This document shows, one piece after another, positions 49,016 through 63,058 of a DNA stretch of 64,000 nt. The notes beneath the pieces were generated by a model, which was given only the letters and a program-made list of their open reading frames with translations, did not search any database and was not told the origin of the DNA. This stretch comes from Squalus acanthias (lineage: Eukaryota): NCBI GenBank assembly GCA_030390025.1, contig CM059446.1, positions 42,222,001 to 42,286,000 of the forward strand, written 5' to 3'. A program made the position numbers and the translations under genes. How positions within the stretch are numbered: position 1 is the stretch's first letter; each line of letters begins with the position of its first letter.

Positions 49016-50940
49016 GGAGGAGAAGCCTGGGTTTGGATTTCTGTTAGCTACCTATTAATTATTATACTGACCAAGAACTTATCATGGCCAGCATAATGAA
49101 TGGCAGGATTAATCGGTTAATATTACGAAGTAAATGCTGAAACTTCAGTTCATCGTAACTTCCCCACTCCGCAAAGGCCTTCAATTATTATTATTTTTTT
49201 TTATAATGAACAGGGTGGTGGATCATCAATACACAGTTCCACAGGGCGAGAGGATGCAGATTCATGCCCGACGCTCAGTCTTGATCCAGCCAAGCTATGC
49301 GAGGAAGAAAATCTGCAGGAGGAATCGTCACTGGGCTGCTGTTCCAGTGGTCTGGAAGCAGACAGTTTCCCTGTCTCTCTCTTGACATATGGGCTCAAAA
49401 AGGACTTAAGGGGGCAAATGTTGGGAAAACCTGATGGTGCGTGCCCTTCACTGAAAAGATTAAATAATTATATTGACAAATTACAGATTCTATATAATGC
49501 AAAGTACCTGTACTTAGCTTTTAAGTAAATGAATGCATTACTTAAGGATACTTATTGGCATGTGAAGTGGATGAGAAGTACACTTCATTGAAGAAAAAAA
49601 TAGCACATTTAAGTTAAGTCATTGAAACAAATCGACAACAAACATAAAATTACCAAACCAACAAATGTATCACTGTGTGCAAGGGTAATAGTCAGAAAAG
49701 CACCTAATAGACTAGCAGAAGTGCTTTCACAGCAGTTTTGATTCTACTCACCAAAAAAAAAGTTTCTACTTTAAGGTCTTCTGAGCACAATAAAAACACA
49801 CGGCAACAGTGAAACACCCAATAAAAATCAGATGACGTGAATAAGTGTGTGAATAAATGGTTGATTTTCCCCACTAACTTGGATGTGGGGAGCTCCCATT
49901 ACACAGCATTACTTCTGCTGCTGCTGTTAATGGATCATCTAAAACAAAAGCACATCTTTTGCTGTTTTAATGGTTTCTGGTAACCAGATAACCTACAGGA
50001 GGCTTAGATGCAGAACACTTGTAGTGCGTTCAAATAATCCCCATAAAACTCGAGAGCCGCCACTTATCAGGAGATCTACTGCAGACCATTATTTATTATG
50101 CACCATCTCCGTTAAAAGTTCAAACAGTGGTAACAGTGGAAATCTTTACCTCGAGATAACACACTGTCTTAGCTAAAGGACTGTGGAGTTAATGCTGCAC
50201 TATTATTGTCTCCACCAATATTCAGACGACCTTTCTGTTAACTCCTGCTAGAGATGATCTTCTGTCCCCTTGTTTGTTATTTTTACTCTAAAACTGAAGA
50301 CTATACCTTTAAAAGAATGAACATTTCTTGCTACGGTCCCAAATGGTCCAACATATAGTTACATAATAAGAAACACTGGAAGTAGCCAGTGGAATTTGTA
50401 TTGTGTTTCCATATGAAAGGCAGGTTAAAAATAAGCCATGTGACACTGGAACATACGCAGTCAGTATATTATTTATTTCTCGGAGAAAACAACCAAATCA
50501 CTGATCATATTTTTAATGATACACTGACTGGTATTTTCATTTCAAATAGGAGTCCCTTCGAGTGAAATGTGAGGCGGTAACACTGCTATATTGGTGCAAT
50601 TTGTGTTGTGCGATTCAGTACTTGGTGGAACATAGAAATTTGCTTCTCTGGGCCCAAGTATCTTGCATAAAGAAAACTGAGAAACAGGCAGTTGCCTGGT
50701 GAAAAATACAGCTCAAATATGAATGGAACAGAAGGTCAGAAAAAGACATACTGAAGAGTGTAGTGAAAATGAGATACAGGAGTGTTGGGGGGGGGGGGGG
50801 GTCACAGGATGGCAACGGTAAGAGGTAGGCCCACTTCAAACTGTGCAGCTATAAAAGGAGAAAGAACAGAAGTGTGGTCAAAGGGTAGATGGGTGGCTGC
50901 AATGCCTTCCAGTGGAAGATCCAGTGCAGTGGGCTTATTA

Positions 50941-51296
50941 CAGGAAACTCTCTTTTAACCGGCACCCAAATAACCGGAAATCTCTCTTAACCGGCAAAAT
51001 TCTTGAGTAGGTAACCGGGGTTTTCCTTCATCTCTCCTTTAAAAATAACTTAAAAAAAAAACCCCGAGGCGTTTGCCTTGTATCGGAGCGTGTAGATTGG
51101 GAGGGGAATGTGCAGCCCGGGTAGGCAGCGGACACGACAGATGGTCAGCTGGCGGTCCCCGGGGAGACGGAGCTCCCAATGCAGGCGCATGTCAATGTGT
51201 ACGGGGCTCTCGTACGTTGGGAGATATAACTCTCCGTTATCCGGACTTTTTGATTAACCGGCACCACGCCAGTCCCGGTTAATAAAGAGTTTCCTG
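50941..51296. mobile_element. Tc1/mariner-pogo (Tigger-like) MITE
   Basis: TA-CAGGAAACTCTCTTTTAACCGG ... CCGGTTAATAAAGAGTTTCCTG-TA; subterminal TAACCGG repeats. Confidence 0.85.
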
Positions 51297-51324
51297 TACT
51301 ACACAATTCTGTGAATTTATAATT

Positions 51325-51600
51325 CTCCCCTTGCCCTTCATTTCCTGAAGGCAACAACACATATTGGGATACAGTTGTGGAGGGGCCAGCAGCCCTCAGA
51401 TTCCTCACCCAAGCAGTAATTTTTCCACATATGAGCCTAAACACTGAGTGATGGCATGCTATTCAACTGTAAGGGTATCATAGTTGAACCCAATCCTGTC
51501 CTCACTCGATATCCAGACACTGCCAGCAATGGTCATTGCATAGAGCTCAGGAACAGCGAAGTTTTCTCAATTTTGCCCTGAAGACACCAACCAATTATCA
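51325..51600 (-). mobile_element. LF-SINE-like element
   Basis: ctcccc..tcctgaaggc..caatcctgtcctcactcgatatcc..ccagcaatggtcattgcatag. Confidence 0.55.
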
Positions 51601-51611
51601 CACTTCGTTGT

Positions 51612-51627
51612 CACCCGTGGCTCAGTG

Positions 51628-51658
<31 letters not shown>

Positions 51659-52065
51659 GTGGGTTCAAGTCCCACTCCAGCGACTTGAGCACAAAAACCT
51701 AGGCTGACACTCCAGTTCAGTACTGAGGGAGTGCTTCACTGTCAGGGGTGCCATCTTTCGGATGAGTCGTTAAACCGAGGCCCCGTCTGCTCTCTTAGTT
51801 GAGATGAGTGTAAAAGATCCCATTTCGAAGAAGAGCAGGGGAGTGATCCTGGCCAATATTTATCCTTCAATCAACGTCAATGAAAAAAGAATTATATGGT
51901 CATTGTCATGTTACTGTTTGTGGGACCTTGCTGTGCCCATTGGCTGCTTCATTTCCTACATTGCAACAGTGATTACACTTCAAAAGTACTTCACTGGCTG
52001 TAAAGTGCTTTGGGACGTCCTGAGGTCGTGAAAGGCGCTATAGAAACGCAAGTCTTTCTTTTTTA
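51612..52065 (+). mobile_element. Full-length Deu-domain SINE (SacSINE1-like)
   Basis: A and B boxes, Deu domain and tail as at 8811. Confidence 0.85.
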
Positions 52066-53402
52066 TTGCAGTTACTGATGAAAGCAGCCAACTCAGCACA
52101 GAGCAGCCTCAAACCGGACATCATCTTGATCGGTTCGGTTCAGTACCGGCCTGCATGGGCAGTCACCTACTGGGCCATTAGGGAAGTAAATCCAGATTCT
52201 AGCAAGAAGCCAACACCTTCACGAGAGGAGAAAATTGGCAAAGAAACAAAAGTAACTCACTCATCTCAACTAAGGAGACATTTTGCTATTGGGCCCACAA
52301 AAAGTTATTTCCTCAGGCAGATAAAGGACGACTGGTTAAAAAGACCGAAGATCCACAAATTGTCCTGCTTTGTGATGATGGGAATATCAAACAGTTTACA
52401 CCTAAGTCATTGATTTAAAAAAACCAAGTCAATTCCAGAGCCAGCTGGTCTGCTGCAACAAATCTCTGCATGGCCCAGCATCCTGCTATTAGCACATTAA
52501 AACCCAGAATAAAGCCATCACTGAAGATCCGATTGATCTTTCCAACAGCTGCAGAAGTTACAGAACGTTGCCACCATCAAGTGCAAACAGAACAATCCCA
52601 CATCAGAGCAAGACAGTCACAAACATAGAATTGCATGTTCAGTAAGTGCGTAGTGCACAAACATTCCACAGTAGATCTCACTAGTTGAGTATTTTATGTA
52701 TCTAAAATGAAAACAAAAAGCCTACTCTATTAAATCCAGTAGCTAACTTAGGATTTTGGTTTATAATTGAACTTTTACTTCAGTTATTCTACTTACTGAA
52801 TTCCAAATTAGTTACGGTTCAAAGGTTCTTCCCACTCATTTTGATTTTAGACTCTTAAAATAGACAAACAACTCATTTGACAATAAATATTGGAATTTAA
52901 ATAAACCAACTAGATATGTGGATGCTGAGAACGGAGAACAAGTATCAAGACGACACAGAGTGATCTGGCATTGGAGATGCATGTTCTAGAATAGCAGAAT
53001 GAAGCGGCTTGCTTCCTCACTCCTCGGAGACTTCCACAGAATCTGTTGAATCTCTCAGACTAATGAGACACTGTCTCAAAAGGATTTTTAAGAGTCTTTA
53101 ATATTTTAAAGTATGTCACAGTTCATTAGGCACAATCCTCTGCATGAATGGAGTCACTCAGATGCAATCTACAGCATCAATGCAGCAGAGGTAAAATTTA
53201 ATTGCTTGTCCATTTTGTAAGTGAAGCCCTAAGGACCGCTAACATTTCACGACAACTTAAACAGATTCATACAAGATCATCGGATCATGTTAACTATCCC
53301 ATTTTTAGTTCTTTCAAAAAAAAAAATCTAGAGCCAAAATTACAAATATTGTTTTTAATGCTAAATAGAATGGAAATATTAAATATATAAACACATCTTA
53401 AA

Positions 53403-54030
53403 ATCATAGAAATTTAGCACAAAAGGCCATTTTGGCCCATTGTGCCGGTGCCCTGCCAGCTCCACACCAGAGGTAACTACTCCAATTTACCTTTTCCCTG
53501 TGCCTTTTGATAGTTTTCTTCAAGTGTTTACCTAACTCCCTCTCTAACAAGTTAATTAAATTTGCTTCAGTAGCCACTTGTGGTAATGTATTCAATGTTC
53601 TAATAACCCTTTCTATGATTTTGGTTTAGCCTTCCCCTTTATGCTTCTAGTACTAATCCTAAATTTATGCCCCCTTGTTACTAATTACTGACAAGTGGAA
53701 ATAATCTTTCACCATCTACCTTCTCCAACTCTTTCACATTGCACCAACATCCTTTCTATAATGGAATACCCCAAACTGCGCACAGTACTCAACTGAGGTT
53801 TAAATAATGTTCTTGCAAAAATTCATCATTCTCTCCTTATTTTTGTATTTACTGCCCTTATATATAAAGCCGAGAATCCCACTTGTCCCTTTTATGGCTT
53901 TTTCTACCTGCAATCCTGCCTTTAAAGATCTGTGTATCTGTACCCATACAACTCTCAATTCTTCTGCTTGACAGAGATTTTTTTTTCTATGTTTCCTCTG
54001 TTCTTTTTCAAAAAATATACCACTTCACAT
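53403..54030 (-). mobile_element. Degenerate CR1 fragment
   Basis: atcatagaaatttagcacaaaaggccatt tail; ccccaaactgcgcacagtactc (EYCAQFG). Confidence 0.65.
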
Positions 54031-54644
54031 TAACCACATCGCTGCCCACTCTTGACAGAGGAGGGATGATTTTGTAGGAGAGAGAAAAATATTGCTTTCA
54101 AAGAGATGAGATCTAGTATAAAAAGAAACTGATTATACAATGCATATGTTGTCAAATGGAATAAATTGGAATTTACTGAAAATAACCGGAGATATCAGAG
54201 GATGAAAATTGACTTTGCAAGTCTCTGTGTGGTTCTTTCATTCCCACCTGGATACTGGATGAAAATTGGCAATCTCGAACTCTATACTGTGGCACAATGC
54301 ATTTACCCGATAGCTTCTAACATTATACTGCAGCACGTTGGAGCTACCCAACAACCACCTGTGGAACTTACTCAATCAGGACAAGACTCTCCCATGCCTA
54401 TTTTTGGGATTGCCGGTTGTTGTCCTGCACCCAAGTGGGAATTAAAGACGGACACAAAGACATGCAAGTTCAATGCCCCATGCCCACTTTTGGGTTACTT
54501 CACCCCCACGTTTCACATCTCCTCCAGGCCATACTCCAGACATGCATCACTCTGAGTGGAGTACCTCCAATATTCCCTCCTTTTTGGGAAGTGTCTTGGT
54601 TGCTCTGAGCACCTGCCCAGGTTTAGATCAGAAGCTTGCATTGG

Positions 54645-55150
54645 TCCCCCAATAGGTCAATGGATAAATGCACTACCTGCTGTGACACTGGGTCATGCAG
54701 GAATCCTTGTCTGTGAGGAGTTAGTTGATCTCAGCTGGATAAGGTGGAAATGCTGCAGTGCATTTCTGTTTCCAAAGGGTAAAAGAAAAATGCTTGCATG
54801 TCTATAGTGCCGTTCATGGCCTCAGGATGTCCCAATGCGCTTTAATAGCCAGTGAAGTACTTTTTTTTTTTGAAGTGCAGTCACTGTTGTAATGTAGGAA
54901 ACAGGGTACGCAGGAAGCGGGGAAAACAGAAATCAGCCAAGGTTTCTGCTCCGGACTGCTATTCAGTGAACCTATTGGAAAGCACGTGTGTGGTTCTCAG
55001 CTAAGAACAGGATTAGGCTTGGTAGCGGTCAAACAGCCCATCAACATGTGAAAACAGCCACGTGGGGAAGTAATGGAGAATGGTTGCCACCCTTGAAACT
55101 GTATCGCAATATGAACTATGGCTTTAAGGAGAGGAAGGTAACGGAGAGAA
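54645..55150 (+). mobile_element. LF-SINE-like element with an inserted Deu-SINE tail (54780-54903, minus strand)
   Basis: gagttagttgatctcagc ... aaatcagccaaggtttctgctcc..gctattcagtga. Confidence 0.55.
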
Positions 55151-55651
55151 AATATGAACTCTAGGCAGTAATGGGAATAAAACCCATATCCTAGCTGGCT
55201 CAGTGTATTTGTAAACCAATGTGTCATGCCTACTTTAACAAGTATGAGTAGTTCAAAGCTAGGTTTCAAACCTGCAACATAGAGGAGTCACTGTTTAATC
55301 CAATAGTTGCTGGATGACAAACTTTTACTTAGAAAACTTCCTCAGAATAAGTAGATTTTTGGAAAAAGAAAATTAAGTTTTCACATGGTATACTTTTTCT
55401 TCAATTGCACGATCAAAGGCTTTTATGAAATGTTTGTTGGTGTTAATCCTCCCTTCCTGCTCAATAAAAACATGGTACATTATTGTTGTGATCATAAATG
55501 ATCTTAGCAGTGTCCCATGGTAAGATTTTACTGCACTGTATCTTCAATGTCCACAGTGACAGAGTGCACGGTTTCTGGCACCAGTCTGCCGGATTAGAAT
55601 GCTATAGCCACACCTGTAAAAAAAAAAGGTTATTTGGAAAAATTAAGTTTT

Positions 55652-56110
55652 AGCTCTCCCATAAGTCCAGTGGGTAAAGATACCACCCAGTGTTATCCTA
55701 AGCAATATCCTTCCCAAAAGCCCTAGGTTTGATTAATGGCCTGTGCAGAGTTGCTGATTTCAGCCAGGGTAGAAGTTGGGATGGTAAAATTGAGCCAAGC
55801 ACCCCTCGGATAGGTGAGGGCAGAAGAGAGGGGGGGGGGGGGGGAGGGGGGGGGGGGAGGGGGAGAGAAGGGGAGCAGAAGTTAGTCAGAGCTCCCACTA
55901 CTGATCGCCATCCAGTGACTTGCGTCCGATAGTTCAGATGTGTTAATGTTGGATAAGAACTGGATTGACCACCCACCCCCACCACGGCCTGTCGACCCTA
56001 GCTATCCATGCTGCCAAATGAAGAATGGCTAATTTGGCATGGCACCAGAGGCTTGCTGGCACCCGTAGAACTGGACCTCAGCAAGACTCAGCGGCTTTGA
56101 GAGGGAGGGC
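55652..56110 (+). mobile_element. LF-SINE-like element with an expanded G-run
   Basis: ggcctgtgcagagttgctgatttcagccaggg ... gatcgccatccagtgac ... gaagaatggc..ggcacccgtagaac. Confidence 0.6.
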
Positions 56111-56239
56111 AGAAACTGTGGGGGGAGATTGTGCAGTAGAGGCAGGTACAGGAGAGCAACTGTGTTTTCACAACTAGTGATCCATGTGATTAAACATATT
56201 TGTGGCTGCACCGTGAGGAATCATCAGTTGTGATTTTTT

Positions 56240-56550
56240 TTGTCTTTCCTTTTATCCCCATGGTTTTCCCAGAAGTTGGTGGCTCTTGCGTGGTGCAGTA
56301 CAGCGGGCAGCAGCAGTCCTCTGGTGCCTTGTCCAAGGGCTTATTATTCAGTGTGTACCTCAACCGTGAATATTGACGGGCTATTTGACTTTGGGGTCCA
56401 TCACAGTAAAGCCCCATCATCAGATGGCCACATACATTTTGCAGCAGTGGTCAATCAGAAGCAGGAACTCTGGCTGACTTTTCCTTTCCCTCGCCCAGAG
56501 ACACTGAAGCCAGCTAGTCTGTTCATATCATGCTGAGAAATGTCACTCAT
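56240..56550 (-). mobile_element. LF-SINE-like element, inverted relative to the preceding copy
   Basis: cctctggtgccttgtccaagggc ... agcaggaactctggctgacttttcctttccctcgcccagagacactgaagcc. Confidence 0.55.
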
Positions 56551-59500
56551 CTGCTATCCTCAAAATCTCATTTGGATCTGTAAAAATTGCCCTGTTTTCT
56601 ATTAGTAACCTTCCACTCAGTCACCTCAATCATGAACGAACTGTAGCAGTGTGAACGGGAGTCCTAAATTGCGGTATAAATGAAAACAGTGTACTTAAAC
56701 TTTTCTCTTTCAGCATCAGTAAAGCACCGCATTGGAGAGTCTAGGAGACTGGTAATTGTTCAATTAAAAGTTGCACCAACATGTCAGCAAAGCATTTTGG
56801 ACTACTTGCCAAATGCATCATTGCCGGCAAATGTTTGCTCACCATTCATTCCCAGTGACAAGCTGTAAATAGCTTTACTTCAAAAAGAAGGCGATTCCCT
56901 CTTCTGTTAGAAATATTTGCAAATCTCCAAAGTCCTTCAAAAAAAGAGGCTAGCAGGTCAACAGTAAGGGGAAAAAATAAGATGAATCTGGGGTCAAAAC
57001 CATGGAGAAATGTTTTTCTGAAGGGTCATTCCACCCACACTAACCTTCATTTAGTGGTGATAAAGACAAAGGCAAAACCCTGAAAAACCAGACCTCTCAG
57101 CTCTAAACAGGTCCCCTCTGGGACCAAGCAACAGATAAGGGCTGGCTAGACAAGACAAAAACAGGGCCTGCACAGAAAATTTACAACCACAGTGTTTTTT
57201 AGCTGAGTACTTAACACAAGATGGGGCTTATCCTAGTAAGGCCGGCACAATTCTAGCCTGCGATCCAGGATAAAGTTTTGACTGCAAGCAAAAAGTTGCT
57301 GCCTTCTATGCTGTCCAGTTTCTAGCGAGCTCACAGTATATTGTCCTGCAACAGTCCAGTGGGCTAGCCTGCTGGGGTGAATACAGTGCCCCAAGCCCAT
57401 TCTCAGAATACAATAAAGCTGCAGCAATTATGCAGGAAAGAATCCAACCATGTTAGATGGTGACATCTGGGCCATGCCCTTTGACACGCTTAGAATCTGC
57501 CTTGACTAAAGCCTGCTTTTGAAGCAATTGAGAGACGGAGATCTGGGGGACTGTAAAGGGAGTAGTGACACAACAAAGCCTAAAGTAAGCTGTATGATGT
57601 TACAGAAACCTCCTAAAAAGGTTAGTTTTTCTACTCATAACAACTGGACTACAGATATTGCTGGATTTAATTTGAGAAATCAGTGCATGTACATCTAGGT
57701 GCTGACTATCAGTACAAGTAACAACCAACCCACTCAAAAAGTAACCCATTCATAAAAAAGCTATTAAAACATTTGCCCCATTTTGCAGCACAGTAAACGC
57801 GGCACGGCACATGGGGATAAATTTATAGCAGGCCACATTCCATTCAGATCCAGGCAATTCAAACTAAGGGCACAAACTCACTCTGCATTTACTGCGGTGC
57901 CTTCATTCAATATAAAATGATCAGTTTGACACATACTGTATTTACATTTGCCATACAAAAGGAGAGAGAGATGTGCACAGTGTGCCTGATACAGCAAATG
58001 TCCGATCTGGCAGCAGCAGACAGAGGTGAGAGTTTATACTCCAAACCAAACTGGGAATGAATAATTCCTCCCCGTCTACATCAAACCATTTATTGTGGCT
58101 CAACAAACTCAAATTTGCAATTGTAGTGTAAACCAGGTTGGAGAGATTTAATTGCTGCTCCCATTGTAAATCCTTCCACTTCTTCATGGTCACCTGATGT
58201 TTATGATTTATTTGTGTAATCCTGCCTATCTTGAGCCTTTGTTCTGCCCCCTTTGAAGGCCTTCGGGGTCAAACACTCCCTTCACCCCACCCCCATCTCC
58301 CAAAATAAATGGTTCCTTTTCTACTGGGCAGTGTTATTTGGAAGTGAAAAAAAAACCTTAATCAAGATAACAACACCAAAAGAGAGAAAAAAAATCATTA
58401 AGGGTGGTCTAGAAATGACAGACTCATTTGCAACATTATAAGTAACTCACCCAGTACAGAGTAATTGAGGTCCAGCTGATATTTCAGTATGTAACATAAA
58501 CCATTGTAAATAGCAGTGTTAAGACACTGGGAAAAGGGAGATATCCACTTTGTCCAATCTGTGCCCTCAGGCCTAGAAATACATTTTCTTCTAGAATCAA
58601 CACGGCTCTATTAGTTTTTCATGGGTTAACTACCATTGTGACCTTGTAATAGAATGAAAACTTACATTTATCAAACTGGTTAAATTAAGACAACAACCTT
58701 GTGCCTGATACAAAGAACAGAACTATTGGACACAAGTATTCGAACTTAACTACACAACTTCGCTAGCTGCAATAACTTTCTTCTCAACATTACTTCTGCC
58801 TCTCTACAGCTGCGACTCGTTCAGCACTGCACAATTTAGCATGACTTAGAGATTTGCATTTTTACTTTTAAGAATCTACTGTTAAATGGAAACGCGTTTT
58901 TCCACCATCAACTTTTCACTCAATGTAGTTTATATAAAATCGCCTCACCGAGAAGGGATTATTAAAGTTATATCACAAATGAACAAATCTTAAACATTCA
59001 TTCTCAAGACGTTTGTTTTTTATGTTGGATTTTAATGTTTCCTTTTAATCAAAGTTAATTTAGACTTAAATAGCTGCCATCAGTGTCCTCTCAATGGTAC
59101 TCGAGTAACTGCAATACAAGTAAAAGAGTCCTTTTAACTCTGGTGTTGCGGTTAGGAGTTGGGCCTAATTCCGGACGTAGAAAGATCTGTTCAAATGAGC
59201 CAGGGGACACTACCGGCATTGGTGAATAAGCATCATTTCCCCCGATGCACTGGTGGCGGGGTGTCTCCACTCTCTAGTGGTCAGAGGTGACTAGTCTACA
59301 TCTGTTTTCCTGGCAGCCTAAGGGATGGCAAGTGTTATCCATATTTCCTGAGGCCTATGGAGGCACATATGCCAGTCTGTGTTTGGATTTAGCTTTGCAA
59401 GTATTTGGATTAAGGGGGAGTTGTGTGTATGTGGGGGAGGGGGGGTTAAGAAACATTTTTCCCTCTCATTTGATAGTTTTATGTTTTCCAAAAAGAATTA

Positions 59501-60669
59501 GTGCGCATTTTTATACATTTCTAAATTTTGGATAACTGGTAGTTCAACGCTGTTCAGCTTAATGGATTTCAAAATGAACAAGAAGAACAAAGCAGCTGAT
59601 TAAGGTGACCCAAATCCCTCAATTGTTTAATATCCATATAACTCGGAAGCCACAGCAACTTTTTTTTTTAAAAAACACCAGCGCATAAAATTCTTCTACA
59701 GTATAAACACACGTGCATAGAATTTGCACAGATGAAGGATGAACGGTTACCCTTTGAAAAGACTGTGGCATTGCCATTGGTCTGTGGCTCAAAAATGCCC
59801 CAATCCTGAAGCCTTTGAGGAGAGGGCAACTGAGGGCACTTTTCTGTCTTTTTAATACAATGGAAAGGAAATGATGAGAGAATTTACTATCAAAATAATC
59901 TAACCACAATTCTCCCTAGTACATTTTACTAAATTGGTTGTTTAAGCAAAAAGTTTGGGCTGAAAACATTTTTTTTATTATATATATATATATATCTCCA
60001 TTATCTTACATAAAGCAGCTTTCCTCTGTCAGTTCTTTCTGGACAAATTGTCTGTGTCTGTAAGATAATGGTCCATTTCATTTCACACTCAAGACTGGCG
60101 TTTCAGGAGCGATTAATCAGATAAAATGAAAACCCCAAAAAAAAGTGAGTACTGTTTCCCAACTCTCCTATATGGGTTAGATGCTTCCTAAAGTTGTCAG
60201 TTAAAAATAGATCTTGGAATCAATAGGAAATCTTATGACAACATTTTCCTCAGAAGTTTTTTTTTGAACTGGGGCAAGAGGTCTCAACAAGCATGTGTAA
60301 GATTTCTATAGCAAGCACCAATAATTACAGAATGTGAAGTCTTCAAACAGCAAACAAGGAATTTCATATCTCACCACTAAAAATAAACAAAGTCATTCCA
60401 AAAACTAATATCTGTGTTCATACCACAGTCCAAAGCAGGCACCTCTAATGATCCAGGGCTGATTTGATGATGGGAACTACAGTTGAGAGAACTGCTCTTG
60501 GTTTGGGATCCTGGGTGTGATCTGTGCTGATTGCTGCCTAAACTCAAATGGACCACTGAATTTGAGGAGCTAAACTTAGTAATACAATGAAAATGCAGCA
60601 TCAGTACCACATTCTCTGTTACATGTTAGGGGTCTAAAAAAAGTACTGGTTATACACATTAAATAGAAA

Positions 60670-60970
60670 AGAAAAACCTTTAGTACCCTTTTACATCCTC
60701 GAAACAACCCAAAGCACTCTCAGCCAATAAAGTACTTTGAGTGTAGTCACTAGTGTTATGGAGGCAAACGCAGCAGCCAATTTGTGACCAGTAAGGTCCC
60801 ACAAACAACAAATGAGATTAAAGACTAATTTGTTCTTTCTTGGTTAAGAGATAAGCGTTGGCCAGGACATCAGGAGAACTCCCTGCTCTTCCTCGAATAG
60901 TGCCATGGAAGTTTTTACATCCATCTGAACAGGGAGACGGGGCTTGGTTTAACATCTCTTCCAAAAGAAG
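60670..60970 (-). mobile_element. Deu-SINE 3' two-thirds, diverged
   Basis: ggccaggacatcaggagaactccctgctcttcctcgaatagtgccatgg. Confidence 0.75.
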
Positions 60971-61674
60971 CACACAGTTGTTTCAAAAACTATTAACTTT
61001 TAAGGATTCATACTGTACACAGCGTTAAGAGAATTGAAGGCCAATTGTCATCTTTGGGTGAAAGGGTGTCAGGGACCGAGGGATAATTGGACCAGAGTCC
61101 CTATTTTAAAGTCATACGTTCTGTCCTTATTTCTATATTACACTTTGTAATGATGAGAAGTTTATATGGCAGTTTCCGTTATAAGTATGAACATAGAAAT
61201 TTATAATGGGAAGAAAAACTAACAGAAAAAGCACACAGATGCACGATTTTGATTATATAGCCAGGTATAGAATCACAGAGCAAATCATGAACAGTGGTGC
61301 AACACAGCATTAGTTCAAATGTAGTACACTTTAATTGACCTGACTTAATAATCTATGAGAAATAGCATTAAACATCTTTTATTCATTTATTCAAAAGTTT
61401 CCATCATTTATTGGCCCAATTTTTAACCCTGCTCAAAATATTAATAAATGTTATTTCTTAGTGGTCAGTGAAAACTGCTGCTCTTCCCATGCCAAAAAAA
61501 GTCAGAACTGAGCAAACTGAATATTAAAATAAAGCAATTTTCTGCCCTGGTTTTATATAATCTTTCGAATATCTGCTTTTGGTTGGGGTGGGGGGGGGGG
61601 GAGGAGGAGAGAGAAGAGGAATGACATTGGGCAGACACCAAGCTCAACTCAATCCAAGATATTTGAAGCTTAAG

Positions 61675-61796
61675 ATGTACTGTAATAACTTTGTTAAATT
61701 CAAATTACAACCCCCTCTCCTCCTCCGCCGCTAAATGTACTGTAATAACTTTGTTAAATTCAAATTACAACCCCCTCTCCTCCTCCGCCGCTAAAT
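61675..61796 (+). repeat. Perfect 60-bp tandem duplication
   Basis: atgtactgtaataactttgttaaattcaaattacaaccccctctcctcctccgccgctaa occurs twice. Confidence 0.95.
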
Positions 61797-63058
61797 CATC
61801 TGGCACCAATGTGTTAAAGTCTCGTTCAGGGAAAATATGAACCAAAAACAAAACAATTTTTATATCTATATAAATTATGTCACTTCGACAATGGGGTATG
61901 TCGATGATTCGGAGTATGCCCATTTTACTGATAAGAGTAGGAGACTAATAATAGTTGGTTGAAATGTTTGGAGGTGAATGTTAAGATCTATAGACAGTCA
62001 ACACATATGTATAAATACCCCTCCCTCAATAGGGAGGTGTGGGGCTATTTAAATATTGGGCAGAGGGCTGGGACAATGTCTCCCTTTGGTGCATATAAAG
62101 CCTTTCACCCTTGGAAAAAAAACATGCTAAAGTTCGCTTGTACTAGCAGAAAGTAACTGGCTATTAAATGTTACATGTTTCGATTTATAATGGAAAAAAT
62201 CAATAGCACTGGTTGACCGCGCCAATGTCAAAATTAGGCTCCATATGTTTAGTAAACTTGCTCATTGATTCATGCAATTCTTGTAATATTTTAAGAGGCA
62301 CTATTATTTACACATTTAAAAAAAGTATATGATTTTAGAAGACTATTCAATTTATAAAGTGTGAATGAAATGGCTTTAAAGTACCTTCTATGCAATATGT
62401 ATATTGCATTTAAGTTTAAAAACAAATTAATTGCAGTGAAATTTTGTATTTAAAAATTAAACATCAGCAAACATTCCGATCCGACTTTGTGGAAACACTC
62501 AAATTTGATTTCTCAGCTGAACAGTTTCAATTTCTCAACAGCCTTCACAACCCTTTCATGTGAGAAGTTGAAGCATCTTTTCAAAGCTATGCACCTTTGA
62601 CTTAGTTACACCCTAAAGGACCTCACACATCTGAGGGATTCTCATTCTTCTGAGAATAATCAATGAAGAGACACATCTTGCCTTACAATTTGATTAAATG
62701 AAGAGAAATTAGTCAGCTCAAGCTTCGCATTTAGATGACCTCTTGTTTTGTGTAATGCTCGAAAACAAATCATTTGATTTTAAAAGTTGCTCACAATCCC
62801 TTTAAAACAGTTCTACGCAATCTTTTTGTAACACTAATAAAGTTACTAACTTGAGAAATTCTACACTAGGTAGCCTTCCACTTCGAAATGTAGAAAACCA
62901 ACAGATTCCCGATAAGGATAGACAAACATTCTGAATGTCTAATAAAACAAAAGATGTCCAAAGTAGAAATCCTTTGTTCTTGCAACGTTTTGTTTACATA
63001 AAGCAGCGCAAGAGCAGAATCAGGGCAGTTGGGTCCTTAAGACGGGAGTCTTCATTAC

